A stretch of 64,000 bases of DNA from Asterionella formosa. Its lineage: Eukaryota. The stretch covers positions 1 to 64,000 of the forward strand of contig NKIB01009877.1 in assembly GCA_002256025.1 (NCBI GenBank), read 5' to 3'. The notes beneath the pieces were generated by a model. The model did no database searches. It worked only from the letters and a program-made list of their open reading frames with translations, and was not told where the DNA came from. The first letter of the stretch is position 1. Every line of letters starts with the position of its first letter. The translations under genes were made by a program, and so were the position numbers. This document shows positions 24,311-35,599 of this stretch, in pieces.

Positions 24311-24769
24311 TGGCTCTCTGTGTAGGGAATGAACCCATAACCCGGCTAGTTCCCGAGGGGATTGCCTTGTATCCCCTCCATTGGTGGAGGTGACAATGGA
24401 GGAACCCGGTGAAGGATATCCAAGTGTGACCCGGATAAGTGGTTACTTGGAAGGGGAAGTGCATGGGTACCAACACTGGAAGAACCTGGAGAGCTAACTC
24501 CAAAGTTACCCAAACACACATGGACAATATTCAAGGGAGGGTGCATCGTTTATGACATGACAATCAACCCCTCGGGTGAGGGGGGTCCAAATCCATGGAC
24601 CCTATCGTATTTTCCATCATGTAGTAGCGTTGTTCGTTCGTTTGTTCATAAATTTTATAAAGAGGATTGCAATAACAAAGCATAAAGGAATAAAGACCCA
24701 AAGTTCACCTGTGTGTTATAAAGCTGACTAACACGTTATCTCGAACACACTGGTGAGTACTAGCCCAAT

Positions 24770-26227
24770 ATGGTTCTATCTTTTCGCAACCGTGCGGTCC
24801 ACGCCAATGTAGCCATGGAAGATAATGCCGAAAGCATATCTCCCGAGCTCAATCAGATGGTCCTCGATCTTCTCCTAGTCGATCTTAGACATGCAGATGA
24901 CCTCGATGAAGACGGGCATACTGATGCTGTTGCAATGAGGAAAATCCTCACCACCATGAAAGTGACTGGGATTGACAACCTGCGCAACGTCCTTAACGTC
25001 CACCAAATCCAAAGCCCAGCATTTATCAATTCAGTCCAACCTGCTCTCGAATGGCTTACCGTCCTAGCTAAGTGGCAGCTCTTGGACATCGAGGAGATCC
25101 CGGAGGACTTTGACGAGATGGAACATGAGGTGGCAGCTAGCTACAGCCATTTAGCTCACAACTGGCCTACCCCAGTGGCTCCTACACACTGGGGGTCTGG
25201 GAAAAAATCAGTCCAACGTGTCTTCACCACACCTGTCCAGCAGCTCAGACAATTTTCCGGTGACCATGGAGATTGGCTGGAATGGAGCCAGCAGAGTGTC
25301 GGGCATTTTGCAACCTCGAACCTCATCAAGGTAATTAAATCCCGGAACTATGCCCTCAAGAACCCCGACGAAAACAGCCTTGTCTGGGGCGTGCTGGTTG
25401 CTTCCATCTCAACTACAGTGGTTGCTAGATTGGCACTCACCACCAATGAGGAGCATGATGGACATGAAGCTTGGCACAAACTCCGTGGTTATTACGAAGG
25501 GGAAGAACTGGTCATTCACTGGATTAAAAAGTACAACAAGGTGTTGGACAAACTCCGCCTTACTGAAGGAGGATCTCTACGCGAGTTTCATAATTCGTTC
25601 ACCGATGCATTGTATGTGTAAACTTACACAGTACATGAAAATTGTAACGAAAAAGAAGAAACTTAAGGCAGATGAAATTCCTGACAGTTACAATTGGTGG
25701 AAGCTGTACACTGCCAACTTGATCGACCCCACGGATAACACGAAGGAGGTCAAAGAGAGTCTCGAGAGGTACAAGGAGGATGGATCCCTCGATGGGATCT
25801 ATCACCTCCTCTGGGGATGGTGGGACCTGATGCCGACAATGAGATCTACAAGGGTAGGAAGTTCCCTTCCAAGCCCAAGCCTGACACTAATCATGAGGTG
25901 CCCAAGAATACTAAGGAAAAGGGGGGACAAACTGAAGATACCCTAAAGGCATTTAAGACCCGGGTGTTTAACCAACTCCAGGAAGACGAAGAGTCCTTCA
26001 AAATCTTTAGGGAACTTCTTGAGAAGGATAAGAACACTCTAGGAAAGAAAGGGGGTGGAAATGGTTCCTACAAAGGAAACAAATGCAAGAAAGTTGAAAA
26101 GACTGATGCACGCCGTGTCTGCGCTAAGAAGATTAAGTCTCCCAAGCGCAAGGCCAAGACACCCAACAGTGACGACAACAGTAATCACTCGATGGATCAA
26201 GTTGCCGATAGGCTACTGCTAGGCTAA
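24770..26227 (+). pseudogene. Copia gag, frameshifted
   Basis: FSGD..DW.EW and DGHEAWHKL..YYEG gag-like motifs, Lys-rich C-terminus, split over three ORFs. Confidence 0.75.
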
Positions 26228-26416
26228 AACCCTACCCATGCTGGAAGCATCATTTTTAGACATTAAGCATCAGAGAGACCCATATGGTACACCAACTTAG
26301 GAATTTAGGAACAATTTAGCACGATAAAATAGCAACAAATTAACGAAAGTTTTTGTAGGTTATTACTTGTTTTGCTAACCGTTGTTGCTTCAATTTCAGA
26401 TATCAAACGTCAAAAC

Positions 26417-27428
26417 ATGCTCAAAGCATCCAAGTATAGCGCAACTGGGAAATCTGGCCCACCCAATCCAGACCCATACCCACGCCCAATAAAGAACACT
26501 TTATGCATTGCCAAATTCCCTGAGGGACCATACACGGTCATTGACACTGGAACTGACCAGGGATGGGCTGGAACTGGATGGAAGATTATCAAACGGCACG
26601 GAAAGTCGAAGACTATCGGAGAGGGGGATAAGACCTATCCAGTAGTCGACGTCTTTGCTACCCTAGTTGACCCTACGACCAGGAAAGACTTAGCCGTCCT
26701 TTGCATGAATCAAGTGATGTTCAGGAGCGACTCACGTGAATCACTTTCACCACCAGATCATATGTCTTGGCATGGACTGAGCTGCGACACTACACCAATC
26801 AAGTTTGGGGGTAAACAGCAGATCTTAGGCGGTGACTTTACTCTCCCACTTTGGTGGGATGGAAAAACCACGTTCTTGGTTCTTGACCGAGCAGTACCCG
26901 GGAGCGATCGAAGAAATGGATGAGAAATTTCCTACTCCACTAGGGAAGGAATTTACTACAACTATATACTTTGATTCAGACCACGCCCATGATCAGAAAA
27001 CGAGACGCTCTATTACTGGGATGATTGCCTTCATAGGGTCTACTCCAGAAACATGGGCATCGAAGCGTCAAGGGGCCATAGCAACTAGGAGCACTTACAC
27101 TGCAGAGCTATGTGCTGGTAGAACGGCTGCTGAGGAAGCCATCAGCACCAGATACATGCTGAAATCTTTAGGGGTGCCCGTGACAACACAAATGCTACTT
27201 TTGGGAGACAACCTCCTGGGTTCGCTCCAAAGTACCTCGGATCCTGGGTCTGAATGCCATAAGAAACATAGTATGGTTAATTACCACTGTGTGCGGGAGT
27301 GTTTTGCATCTGGAATCATTCAACTCGCGAAGGTAGACACTAAGTTGAATCTTAGCGATGGCTTTACCAAGAAGGCTATCGAGAAGTCTATCTACCTTGA
27401 TCATAGAAGATGCCATTTTGCAGCGTAA
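26417..27428 (+). pseudogene. Copia pol remnant: protease joined out of frame to RNase H across a deletion near 26885
   Basis: The DTG protease ORF overlaps the ORF YPGAIEEMDEKFPTPLG..RNase H; no integrase or RT motifs lie between them. Confidence 0.85.
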
Positions 27429-27500
27429 CACTTATGATAACGAGGCAATGTATTAGATTCACCATTACTTTAGAAGCACTACGTTCATAGCTTGAGGGGT

Positions 27501-27899
27501 GGTCAGGTACACATAGTACATTGGCATGTAGCTTCTACGGGCAAGCGATGGAAGTAGTGATCCCAAGAACTACTGTAAAATACTCACTGCCTGACCAATG
27601 ACGGGGTCACACAAAACCTCGTGGGGAGTAATCCTCCTTTGTGTGATAGACTGGGACTACCTCCAGGTCTAAGTCTATCGGGTACGTAGCCATATGGAGG
27701 GACTGCATCTATATGTACGTTGTGATGTGGGTAGCAGGAGTCGTACAGCGAATGCGATGCTGCAGGAGCATAATAAACCTGCTCGGATCCATGCACCAAC
27801 CGGGAGTAACGCACCCGGAGGGTACAGGAATCTATTTCCCAGAAGCAATGGACCACCTGACCCTTAGGGAAGAGGCCTAGAGTAATCTAGAACCTGACA
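27501..27899 (+). repeat. 3' LTR
   Basis: Follows the polypurine tract and ends ACCTGACA before the TSD CATTT. Confidence 0.95.
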
Positions 27900-28610
27900 C
27901 ATTTCCTCTGAATTCTTTATTCTTACGCAGCTAGTGCTACGCCTATTTAAACTGCCCATCAAAAACTAATATGAATATGCATTTTTATGTTGGTATTCTA
28001 GAATAGAAAAAACCTTCCGTTTTTCCAATCAGCTAGATTGATAGCTTTCTAATCAATCAAAATAGCATTGACAAGTTATCTATATTATTTTTCCTTCATT
28101 TGGAATCATCTACTACATCAAAATCATCAGTGGTGGATGACAAGTGGGACAGTGGAGTACTGCTGGAAGTGACACACTTGAATTATTGAGATGCAATTGG
28201 ATCACACCTAATCCCTCGTTCACTTTGTTCCATTAGACGATATTGCCTTTATTGGCGTGAAGCCCTTTATTAAATGGCGCAACTCTCTTGGATACTTTTT
28301 TAAACTCTTCAGCTGATTAATCAACCATTGACACTGTAAACTGTTAGACAAAATATACCCATGGTATAACTTCCCATAATGCTAAGCAAACTTGAGCATA
28401 ATGTTGATCGGCAGGCAAGCAAGGGAAGGAGATATCAATACTAGCCAGGGACATGCAGCTGTCTGCCAATGATGACACAGCCATCATGGTACATGAGGAG
28501 CAATGCTGCCTTGAAAAAACTCGCACATCGCTATCGATTGTCACTCTTGATTGCGCCAAAATAATCCAAGTTAGGTTTTGTCTGAAACCGATGATAAATC
28601 ATCCTTGTTT

Positions 28611-28646
28611 GCTGCTGCTGCTGCTGCTGCTCCTTCTGCTGCTGCT
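28611..28646. repeat. (CTG)n microsatellite
   Basis: gctgctgctgctgctgctgctccttctgctgctgct. Confidence 0.8.
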
Positions 28647-29689
28647 CCTACTCATGAAGCATCCTGCTTTGCACCTATGGATGACGATATATTATTGGGA
28701 CTGTCAAAGACTTGAAGGAGAACATTCAGCAAGATATCATATTTTATGCATGAGATTGTTTTATTGAGAAATGGCTGCTGGTATTATTCAAAGGTATTTG
28801 TACTTAAGTTTACTATTTGTCTTCACCAAGAGAGTAAGGTCGTAAATGTGTATTGTAAGCCTTTGTGGATCTATTAAACATTCGATGTTATGTTACCAGC
28901 GCAAGCCATAATCTAGACCAATAGAAACGCTTCCTTTGTTTGGCTACGGTCTGAGTCTAATCGACCAAATACCTGACATTTGGTCGATAAGGGGGTCATC
29001 CTCAATTAGTAAGACCAAAGCATATTTGGTCTTGGTCGATGCAGTGGCTAAAATATTTTTGCTTTTTCGACCAAGACTACACATCATGACGTGTAATGAC
29101 TCCCAACCGCAATTGGCTTGTTGGTATTTGGTCGATGCTGTGGAGATGCTCTTACATACTAGTTGATTGTAAAAAGGAAATACGGGACAGGATATACTGG
29201 TATATAGGGACACGGACAGTCGTGCTATCATTCCTTCCCAAAGTGTAGGAAGCTGTCAGTCCACCAAGCTAGTAGCCAGGTAGTAGGTAGAGGGCCTGGT
29301 TGCAAGTAGTGCAATTGTGGCCAAGAATTCTTGGTTAGCTAGGTGTAGCAGCTAGCTTTACAGTTGAAAGAGGGCTTTCACAAGTTTGGCTTTGCTAAAT
29401 TATGTAATTATTTGTTATTTTCCATTGTTTTTGCAAGAATGATGCTGGAAGTCTCCGAGCCTACTAGCTACAACCTGTAGCTTTCCACTTGAAGTAGCCA
29501 GACAAACCATGAAAGTTCTGGTAGATCCACCATGAATCTTCCTTTGAAGTGCAATTAGATTCAGTTTGCATCTAATTCTTCAATTAAAGTGCAAGCAGAT
29601 TGTGCTGTAGATGCATTAGTACAAGCAAATTCATGTGCTCATGGTAGTACTAGTGCTGTGTAGTATAGATTCACGTAGTACACATCACC

Positions 29690-30580
29690 ACTATCAACTC
29701 TCCCTCTCATTCGATGCAATAAACAAGTATCATTGCATACACATGGGCATATAGATGACCTTAATGACCAACTCAACACAAGGGATGATGAACAACAAAC
29801 TATCATCATTTAAACCTAAACAGAAAGTGGTTGGGGCATCCTGTTTGCTGCTACCAACCTTGAACCAATTTACGATTGCTGCCGAAGAACTCACGACGCA
29901 GCCATTTTGTCATGTAATCTGCACACTGTAACTTGGTGTCTATTTTCAACATTGTTACATCACCATTGTTAACATGAGACCAAAAGAAATGCCACTTCAC
30001 AAGAAATTACTTTTGCGACATGTGATCTTCTTGTTGTTTGCAAGTATCAAGGCGCCATTATTATCTTCGAAGACTCGAGCAGAAATGCTGTGGATTTGAG
30101 AGGGGAGCTCCAAAGCAGTAACTATTTCAATAAAGAGAGTTCGAATCGACAACAATGTCATCATGCTGTGCGTGGCTGAGTGCAGAATACTCAGCCTCAA
30201 GAGTCTACAAGGAAATTTCAGTTTGCAGCTGGGATCTCCAGATCAAAGGACAGTTCCCAAGGATGATGATGTGCGTAGCATGTCCTTAATCACACACTCT
30301 TTGTATCTCCTGCAGGTTACATCCATATAACCCAGCAAAGTCAGCATTTACATAGCAATCAAGCTGCAATGTTCCAGTTGGACAAACAATAGTACCTTTA
30401 TCAGATGTGCGATGGAGGTAACGGACAATGGTCTTGATTGCTGTAGCATCATGGCTTTGCTTTGGAGTGTGATTGAATCGGGCAACTTGGCTGGCTGACT
30501 GCAAATGCAATATCAGGATGGGTGTTGGTGACGAGATAAAGGAGCTAGATGAGTAGCTCCATGATTCTGACATCGTCTGC
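29690..30580 (-). mobile_element. Copia RT C-terminus/RNase H relic with PPT
   Basis: QVARF...PKQSH..AIKTIVRYL, LDCYVNADFAGLYG, VFEDNNGALILA, KWHFFWSHV, ending QGW*; PPT GAGAGGGAG near 29700. Confidence 0.8.
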
Positions 30581-31576
30581 AAATAAAAACGATCATGCAT
30601 ATAGTAGGATCAAGGGTATTGTATGCTAGTAATAGGCACAGGATTTTTACATGTATGATAGTTTTTGACTTGGATCAAAAATATGATCAATGTATCATAT
30701 AATTATGATCATGCAGTAAACTTTTACCGTGCTTGAAGTATGATGATATTATCATAATTATAATACAATTGTATCATATGATTAGTTAAACATGGGCCTA
30801 TTATGTGTATACTTTTGTCATACATCTATCTCAACATGATCGTAATTCTCATCGAAATCACTGTCTTAAATAGGATGAAATGGATCGAAATTTAGAACTA
30901 GTATATTTAAGAATGGTTCTATGTTTCTATACCTTGAGTGGCTACAGAATGTTCTACAATTCTCTCATCGCAATGATTGGTGCTTTCACTTCCACCTTCC
31001 CCCCAATCCAATTCTGAAGGTTGTTGTACTGGTTGCCTTGCCCTTATTCCCTTGCTTTCCTTTTACTCCTGACGGTTCTGAGTTTTTATTTGCTCATTTT
31101 TCCATTAATATTTAATCCGTTTCGTTGTCCCAATCATACCAACAAAGAGAATCATTTCATTGTTAGCTGTTCATGTTTTGCTTACACAACAACATGCACT
31201 TCGCTTCTATCTTCGCTTACCACAAATTGAGGAAGTAACTGATGCATATTTCGTCTGTAAAAGAGGAATGTGTCAGTTGAAGATTGAATAAGAAAGTATC
31301 GATCAATAAATAGGCTCCATTGCTGCTGTTTGTAACTTACAAATACTGTTTGTTTACCATTTTCCTGAAAGAAGCAACGCACATGTTTCATTTTTTCTAA
31401 CAGTTGTGGATTGATCCAAAGATGATAGCATTTACCGATTTCTTTTGTCCACATTGATGGTTGGCCAACAAATACAAAAGGAGCTATTGAATCACTGAAA
31501 GGGGATGAGTCATTCAGTATTTCTAATCCCAACAATGGATCATCCTGGCATTTGCTGTGGTACCATGCAAAGCTTG

Positions 31577-31874
31577 TTGATTCCGCCCTTCTCCATAATA
31601 TTCACTCCTTCTTAGCCGAATGGTGTATCATCATGTTGTATCGTCACTTCAGTTTTGGCATCATGTGTTGCTTGAGATCCTTCATTTCAGGAGGTGTATG
31701 CAAAAAAATGAAAATGAAAGGCATTTGCTCTTGACTTACATCAATTGATTCCGCCCTTCTCCGTATTAGTCACTCCTTCTAAGCCGCAAGTATCATTCTT
31801 GTGCTGTATTATCACGTTCGTTTTCCGCGTCATCATGTGTGATGATCCTTCATTTCAGGAGCAAAGTGTATGCA
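31577..31874. repeat. Diverged direct repeat, two copies of about 125 bp, period about 168 bp
   Basis: TTGATTCCGCCCTTCTCC....GATCCTTCATTTCAGGAG occurs at about 31577 and 31745. Confidence 0.75.
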
Positions 31875-33609
31875 TGACAAGGAACATGAAAACATGATTT
31901 CAAATGTTTCAGCCATATACTATATGTAAATAAAGATTTGTAAGTCTAAATGTATGTATAGCTAGTTGAACATTGTTTGCATAGTTCAAACACGCTCATT
32001 ATATGGATCATCCTGTGTACACTATCATTAATTTTGATTATGCATAATTCAAATATATACACCAATGCATGATGAGTTCATGGTTTTTTCATGACCTGAT
32101 GAATTTTTTCAATTTGTTTTGTGTCAATTCTTGTACCTACAAGGCAGTGGCTGATTTTATTGATCCCCTTAATAAATGGGAGTCATCACCAATTTTTCAA
32201 ATGGTCGAAATCATACATTTATGAATATAGACATATTGACCATATACATTCGAAAAATTCATATGGCCTAGTACTGTATTCTTGCTGGGTATTACCTTGC
32301 TTCTATCATGGGAGTACCACAATAGTGCAGCGGAAAACTGAATATCCTCATGTGTTTAGGATCATTTGATCATATTTTTCAAGTTCAATTTATCCTAATT
32401 ATTGAATATAAATTTTTATCTTTCATTTTCTCATCAATGACACCGTTTATCATATGATCAAGATGTCAAGATCAAAGGTATAGGTTGAACGAATCAAGCT
32501 TTATTGATTAGCGATCATACTTTATACCGGAGTAGTTGCTCAGCCATGCACCGCCCATTTGGCATTCTACCATTGCTTCCTCTCAGCAATCAATACTAGT
32601 AAAATGAAAAACGTAATTAGATGAGAAGTTACTTCCGGTTTCTAATGTTTTACATTGCACTACTGAAAATTGAATCGCTCCATAAATGGGCATTCAACTT
32701 GTGCTTCTTGAATTTTTGCAGTATAGACTGGCTGGTGGGCGATAGGCCAAAGTGTCTGGCTTTTCATGATCATCTACAAAGTAGTGCTTCTGTCGAGTTT
32801 TGTGTCTCAAACCAACTGCTGCCATCCATCGAACCATTCCAGATACATCAAAGAATACGCTCCTTTCGTCAAAGGCAAGGAACTAGTACGATGACAAAGG
32901 AAATCTGATGAGACATGAAAATTACGAAACCAGAATCACTCTGTTACTGTACATAGACAGTCTCTTGCTTCTTTGTGCATATCGCCTGCTATACTGCGTT
33001 TCAATTCTAGATGTATTATGTTCTCGTTAGAGAGTCGATGTTACTATAGAAGTAGATTGTGCTGTTCCATAATGGATGTTGTTTAGCTATGATTGAGGTT
33101 GTAACACTGATTGATGCTCTGGTGACAGACCGGAAATATTCCTCTTGTGTGATGAGCCATTTCGTTTTCATTGGATTTCTTTTCAATCTTTTAACGGAGT
33201 GCATACAAGCAGACTGTGCACCACTGTAGCTAGATGATGATTAATTGAAGACATATGATGATTTGAACGACAAATGAAGATTTTGTCACAAACACTCGTT
33301 CCTCTCGACATGGCTGTTTTGTCATTGTTGCGAGAACCAGAGCGAGGACTGGAGAAGGTGATGAGCCAAACAACATTACATTAGCTGGTACATTATCCTA
33401 CCAAGAAAATTAGGTAAAGGAACCTACTACTAATGGAAACAATACATATAATAATTAAATATACAAAGTCAAAAGGGTTGTTTCTATTTAAATTATGAGG
33501 GCATTTATCTAAATTATTAGATGATGTAACGAAAAATTTGTGATCAGATGATCATAATCCTATGATGCATCATAGGAATATGATGGTTTTTATTTGTAGA
33601 TGGGGGCAA

Positions 33610-34010
33610 CCTTGAATTGGAATATATTTTAACCTTGTATTGGAACTCATGACCTTGTATTGGGACATGACATAGTACAGCCAAACCCAATACAGGGGCA
33701 ACCTTGAATTGCAAAATGTTGCCTCCTTGTAATGGGAAATAAATAGAGCCCAACACAGAGAATACCTTATATTGGATGATATTCTCACAACAAATAAAGG
33801 AATACCTTGAATTGGAGTAATACCCAGATATGTTTTCACTTGTATTGGACTTGACACCACACCAACCTTTTGCCAATAGAAGGCAAAACTTGTGTTGGAA
33901 TGGTATATCACCTTGTACTGGAAAACATTGCAACACCAATGCAAGGTATGCCTGGATTTGGAGGAGAAAAACTGGTTGAAAACATACCAAAAATTGCCAA
34001 TACAGGTACT
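33610..34010. repeat. Dispersed array of about 15 copies of the 11-mer CCTTGWATTGG in both orientations
   Basis: Forward ccttgaattgg, ccttgtattgg, ccttatattgg, ccttgtactgg and reverse ccaatacagg, ccaatgcaagg, at irregular spacing. Confidence 0.85.
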
Positions 34011-34630
34011 TTCATTTCTTGTGTGATAGTGATAAAAACAATATATATATATATGTATTTAGCATATAGTAGACATAGGGTCTAAAATCCTTTTTTTGTC
34101 CTGCCATCTCAATCCTCAACAGGTGCTCCATGTGTTAAGTTCTCGTTTGCTGCCTTTTTCAACCTTACGTCTCACGGCTGGACCGACAAATATTTTTATT
34201 TATGTATCGGTGTATGTACGACAATGTAGGGAGCGCTTCGGCCATGTTTTTGAGTCGTAATTCTTTTCCTGTGCAAGTTTTACCAGTAGTTCTAGTATAC
34301 CGGTATGTACGACAATGTATAGAGCGCTTTTTTTGAGTTCATAAAAATAATTCTTGTCCTTTGCATTTTACATTTTGTAATGTAGGTCATGATGTGTCGA
34401 TTTGACATGTCCAGAAAAATACATACAGTAGACAAATTATGTGCCGGTATGTAACATTGCATACGGGATATACATACAAATAACGGTGGTACTACTAACA
34501 GGTACCTATCCAAAAACGGGACCACCCTACTTCAGCATGAATAACACGTTCACAACAGCCGGTTCTGCCTTCTAATCACCGCACCTCATTTTCCTCCCAT
34601 CGAACGTCTCATCCACCACTCTGTAGCAAC

Positions 34631-35509
34631 ATGGGATCTTGCAGCTCCTCCGCAAGACAAGGTGCAGTCCTTAGATCAGCAAACTTCGATGCTATGATCC
34701 CAAATTCTGAAAACCACGTTGACACCGCGCAGCCGACTCGTCGCATGCGCCGTCGCCGTGAACAGCGGCTCCGCGAGGAAGTACGACTGTCAGAGATTTA
34801 TGCTCTTCAGCAATCCCTGGCTGCCATGGAGGAATTTTTTCAGTCTCTTTTGGGACAAGCTCAACTTTATTACATTGAACAACCATTCGACCCCTCAAGC
34901 GGCGGCAATCTAGGACCCCCGCCTGCATCTCGGAATTTGGTGTTACCGAAGGTAGACAGTCCACCACACGCCATATGTGGGATTTGCCGCGAGGCATTGG
35001 CCGAAAAGGCTACCAAAATGCCTTGCGGGCACCTGTTTCATTCTATTACATGCATTGACCCTTGGCTGCAACGGCACTGCACCTGTCCAGTCTGCAGGTA
35101 CGAAGTTACCACTGACGATGTGGAATATGAGGCGGACAGACTCATTCGCATGTCTTCTCGAGCGCTTCCTAAGATAGAAAATGAGCCTGTTGCTGAAGCA
35201 TCGAAGTTATATCAAGACATTTTGTTTGAACCCATGGAGCGAAACCGAATGGAGCGTAATTACACGAAGGATTATTCCGTCAACGATTTGGACGATAGTT
35301 CGGAGCTGGAAGTGGAAGACACCATAGGAGCGGGCACCTTTCCGAGATCAGACGAGCTAACCAACTGCAACTCTAATGAATCGTCGATAGAAGCAGCTTT
35401 CTTAGAGGACATAGATCGACGTGATGTTGGAGACGCTGCACACAATTCAATCGAAGAAATGGTTCGAGCTGACCCCGATTATGAGACATCGACCACTTCT
35501 TCACATTAA
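34631..35509 (+). CDS. RING-H2 E3 ubiquitin ligase-like protein
   Basis: GPPPAS followed by CGIC..MPCGHLFH..CIDPWL....TCPVCR. N-terminal MGSCSS could be an acylation signal. Confidence 0.88.
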   Translation: MGSCSSSARQGAVLRSANFDAMIPNSENHVDTAQPTRRMRRRREQRLREEVRLSEIYALQQSLAAMEEFFQSLLGQAQLYYIEQPFDPSSGGNLGPPPASRNLVLPKVDSPPHAICGICREALAEKATKMPCGHLFHSITCIDPWLQRHCTCPVCRYEVTTDDVEYEADRLIRMSSRALPKIENEPVAEASKLYQDILFEPMERNRMERNYTKDYSVNDLDDSSELEVEDTIGAGTFPRSDELTNCNSNESSIEAAFLEDIDRRDVGDAAHNSIEEMVRADPDYETSTTSSH

Positions 35510-35599
35510 AGTGCATATTAATGCCTGTAAAATCTGAGGCCCTCACCACTTTTTGGAAGATTTCAATCATCTCCAGGTGTTGTATCATTTGCATTACAT

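Larger units (their letters stand above)
23916..27899 (+). mobile_element. CoDi-like Ty1/Copia LTR retrotransposon with two LTRs and an internal deletion (gag, PR and RNase H retained; INT and RT absent)
   Basis: LTRs 23916-24310 and 27501-27899, 5-bp TSD CATTT, PBS at 24311, PPT GAGGGG, protease VIDTGTDQ, Copia RNase H YFDSDHAHD..TRRSITG..W.SKRQ. Confidence 0.95.
23411..29151 (+). mobile_element. Non-autonomous PIF/Harbinger element (GAGCATCTCCA TIRs, TTA TSD) carrying a nested Copia insertion
   Basis: About 45-bp imperfect TIRs GAGCATCTCCACCGCATCGACGAAATACCAA / TTGGTATTTGGTCGATGCTGTGGAGATGCTC, with TTA at 23408-10 and 29152-54. The first about 450 bp are homologous to 55729-56120. Confidence 0.9.

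Noticed and set aside
33544..33990. ORFs of 124-148 aa over the motif array
   Set aside because: The repeated QYKV-like peptides simply mirror the DNA motif.
33610..34010. CRISPR-like array
   Set aside because: Repeats are only about 11 bp, degenerate, in both orientations and irregularly spaced; there are no cas genes and the context is eukaryotic.
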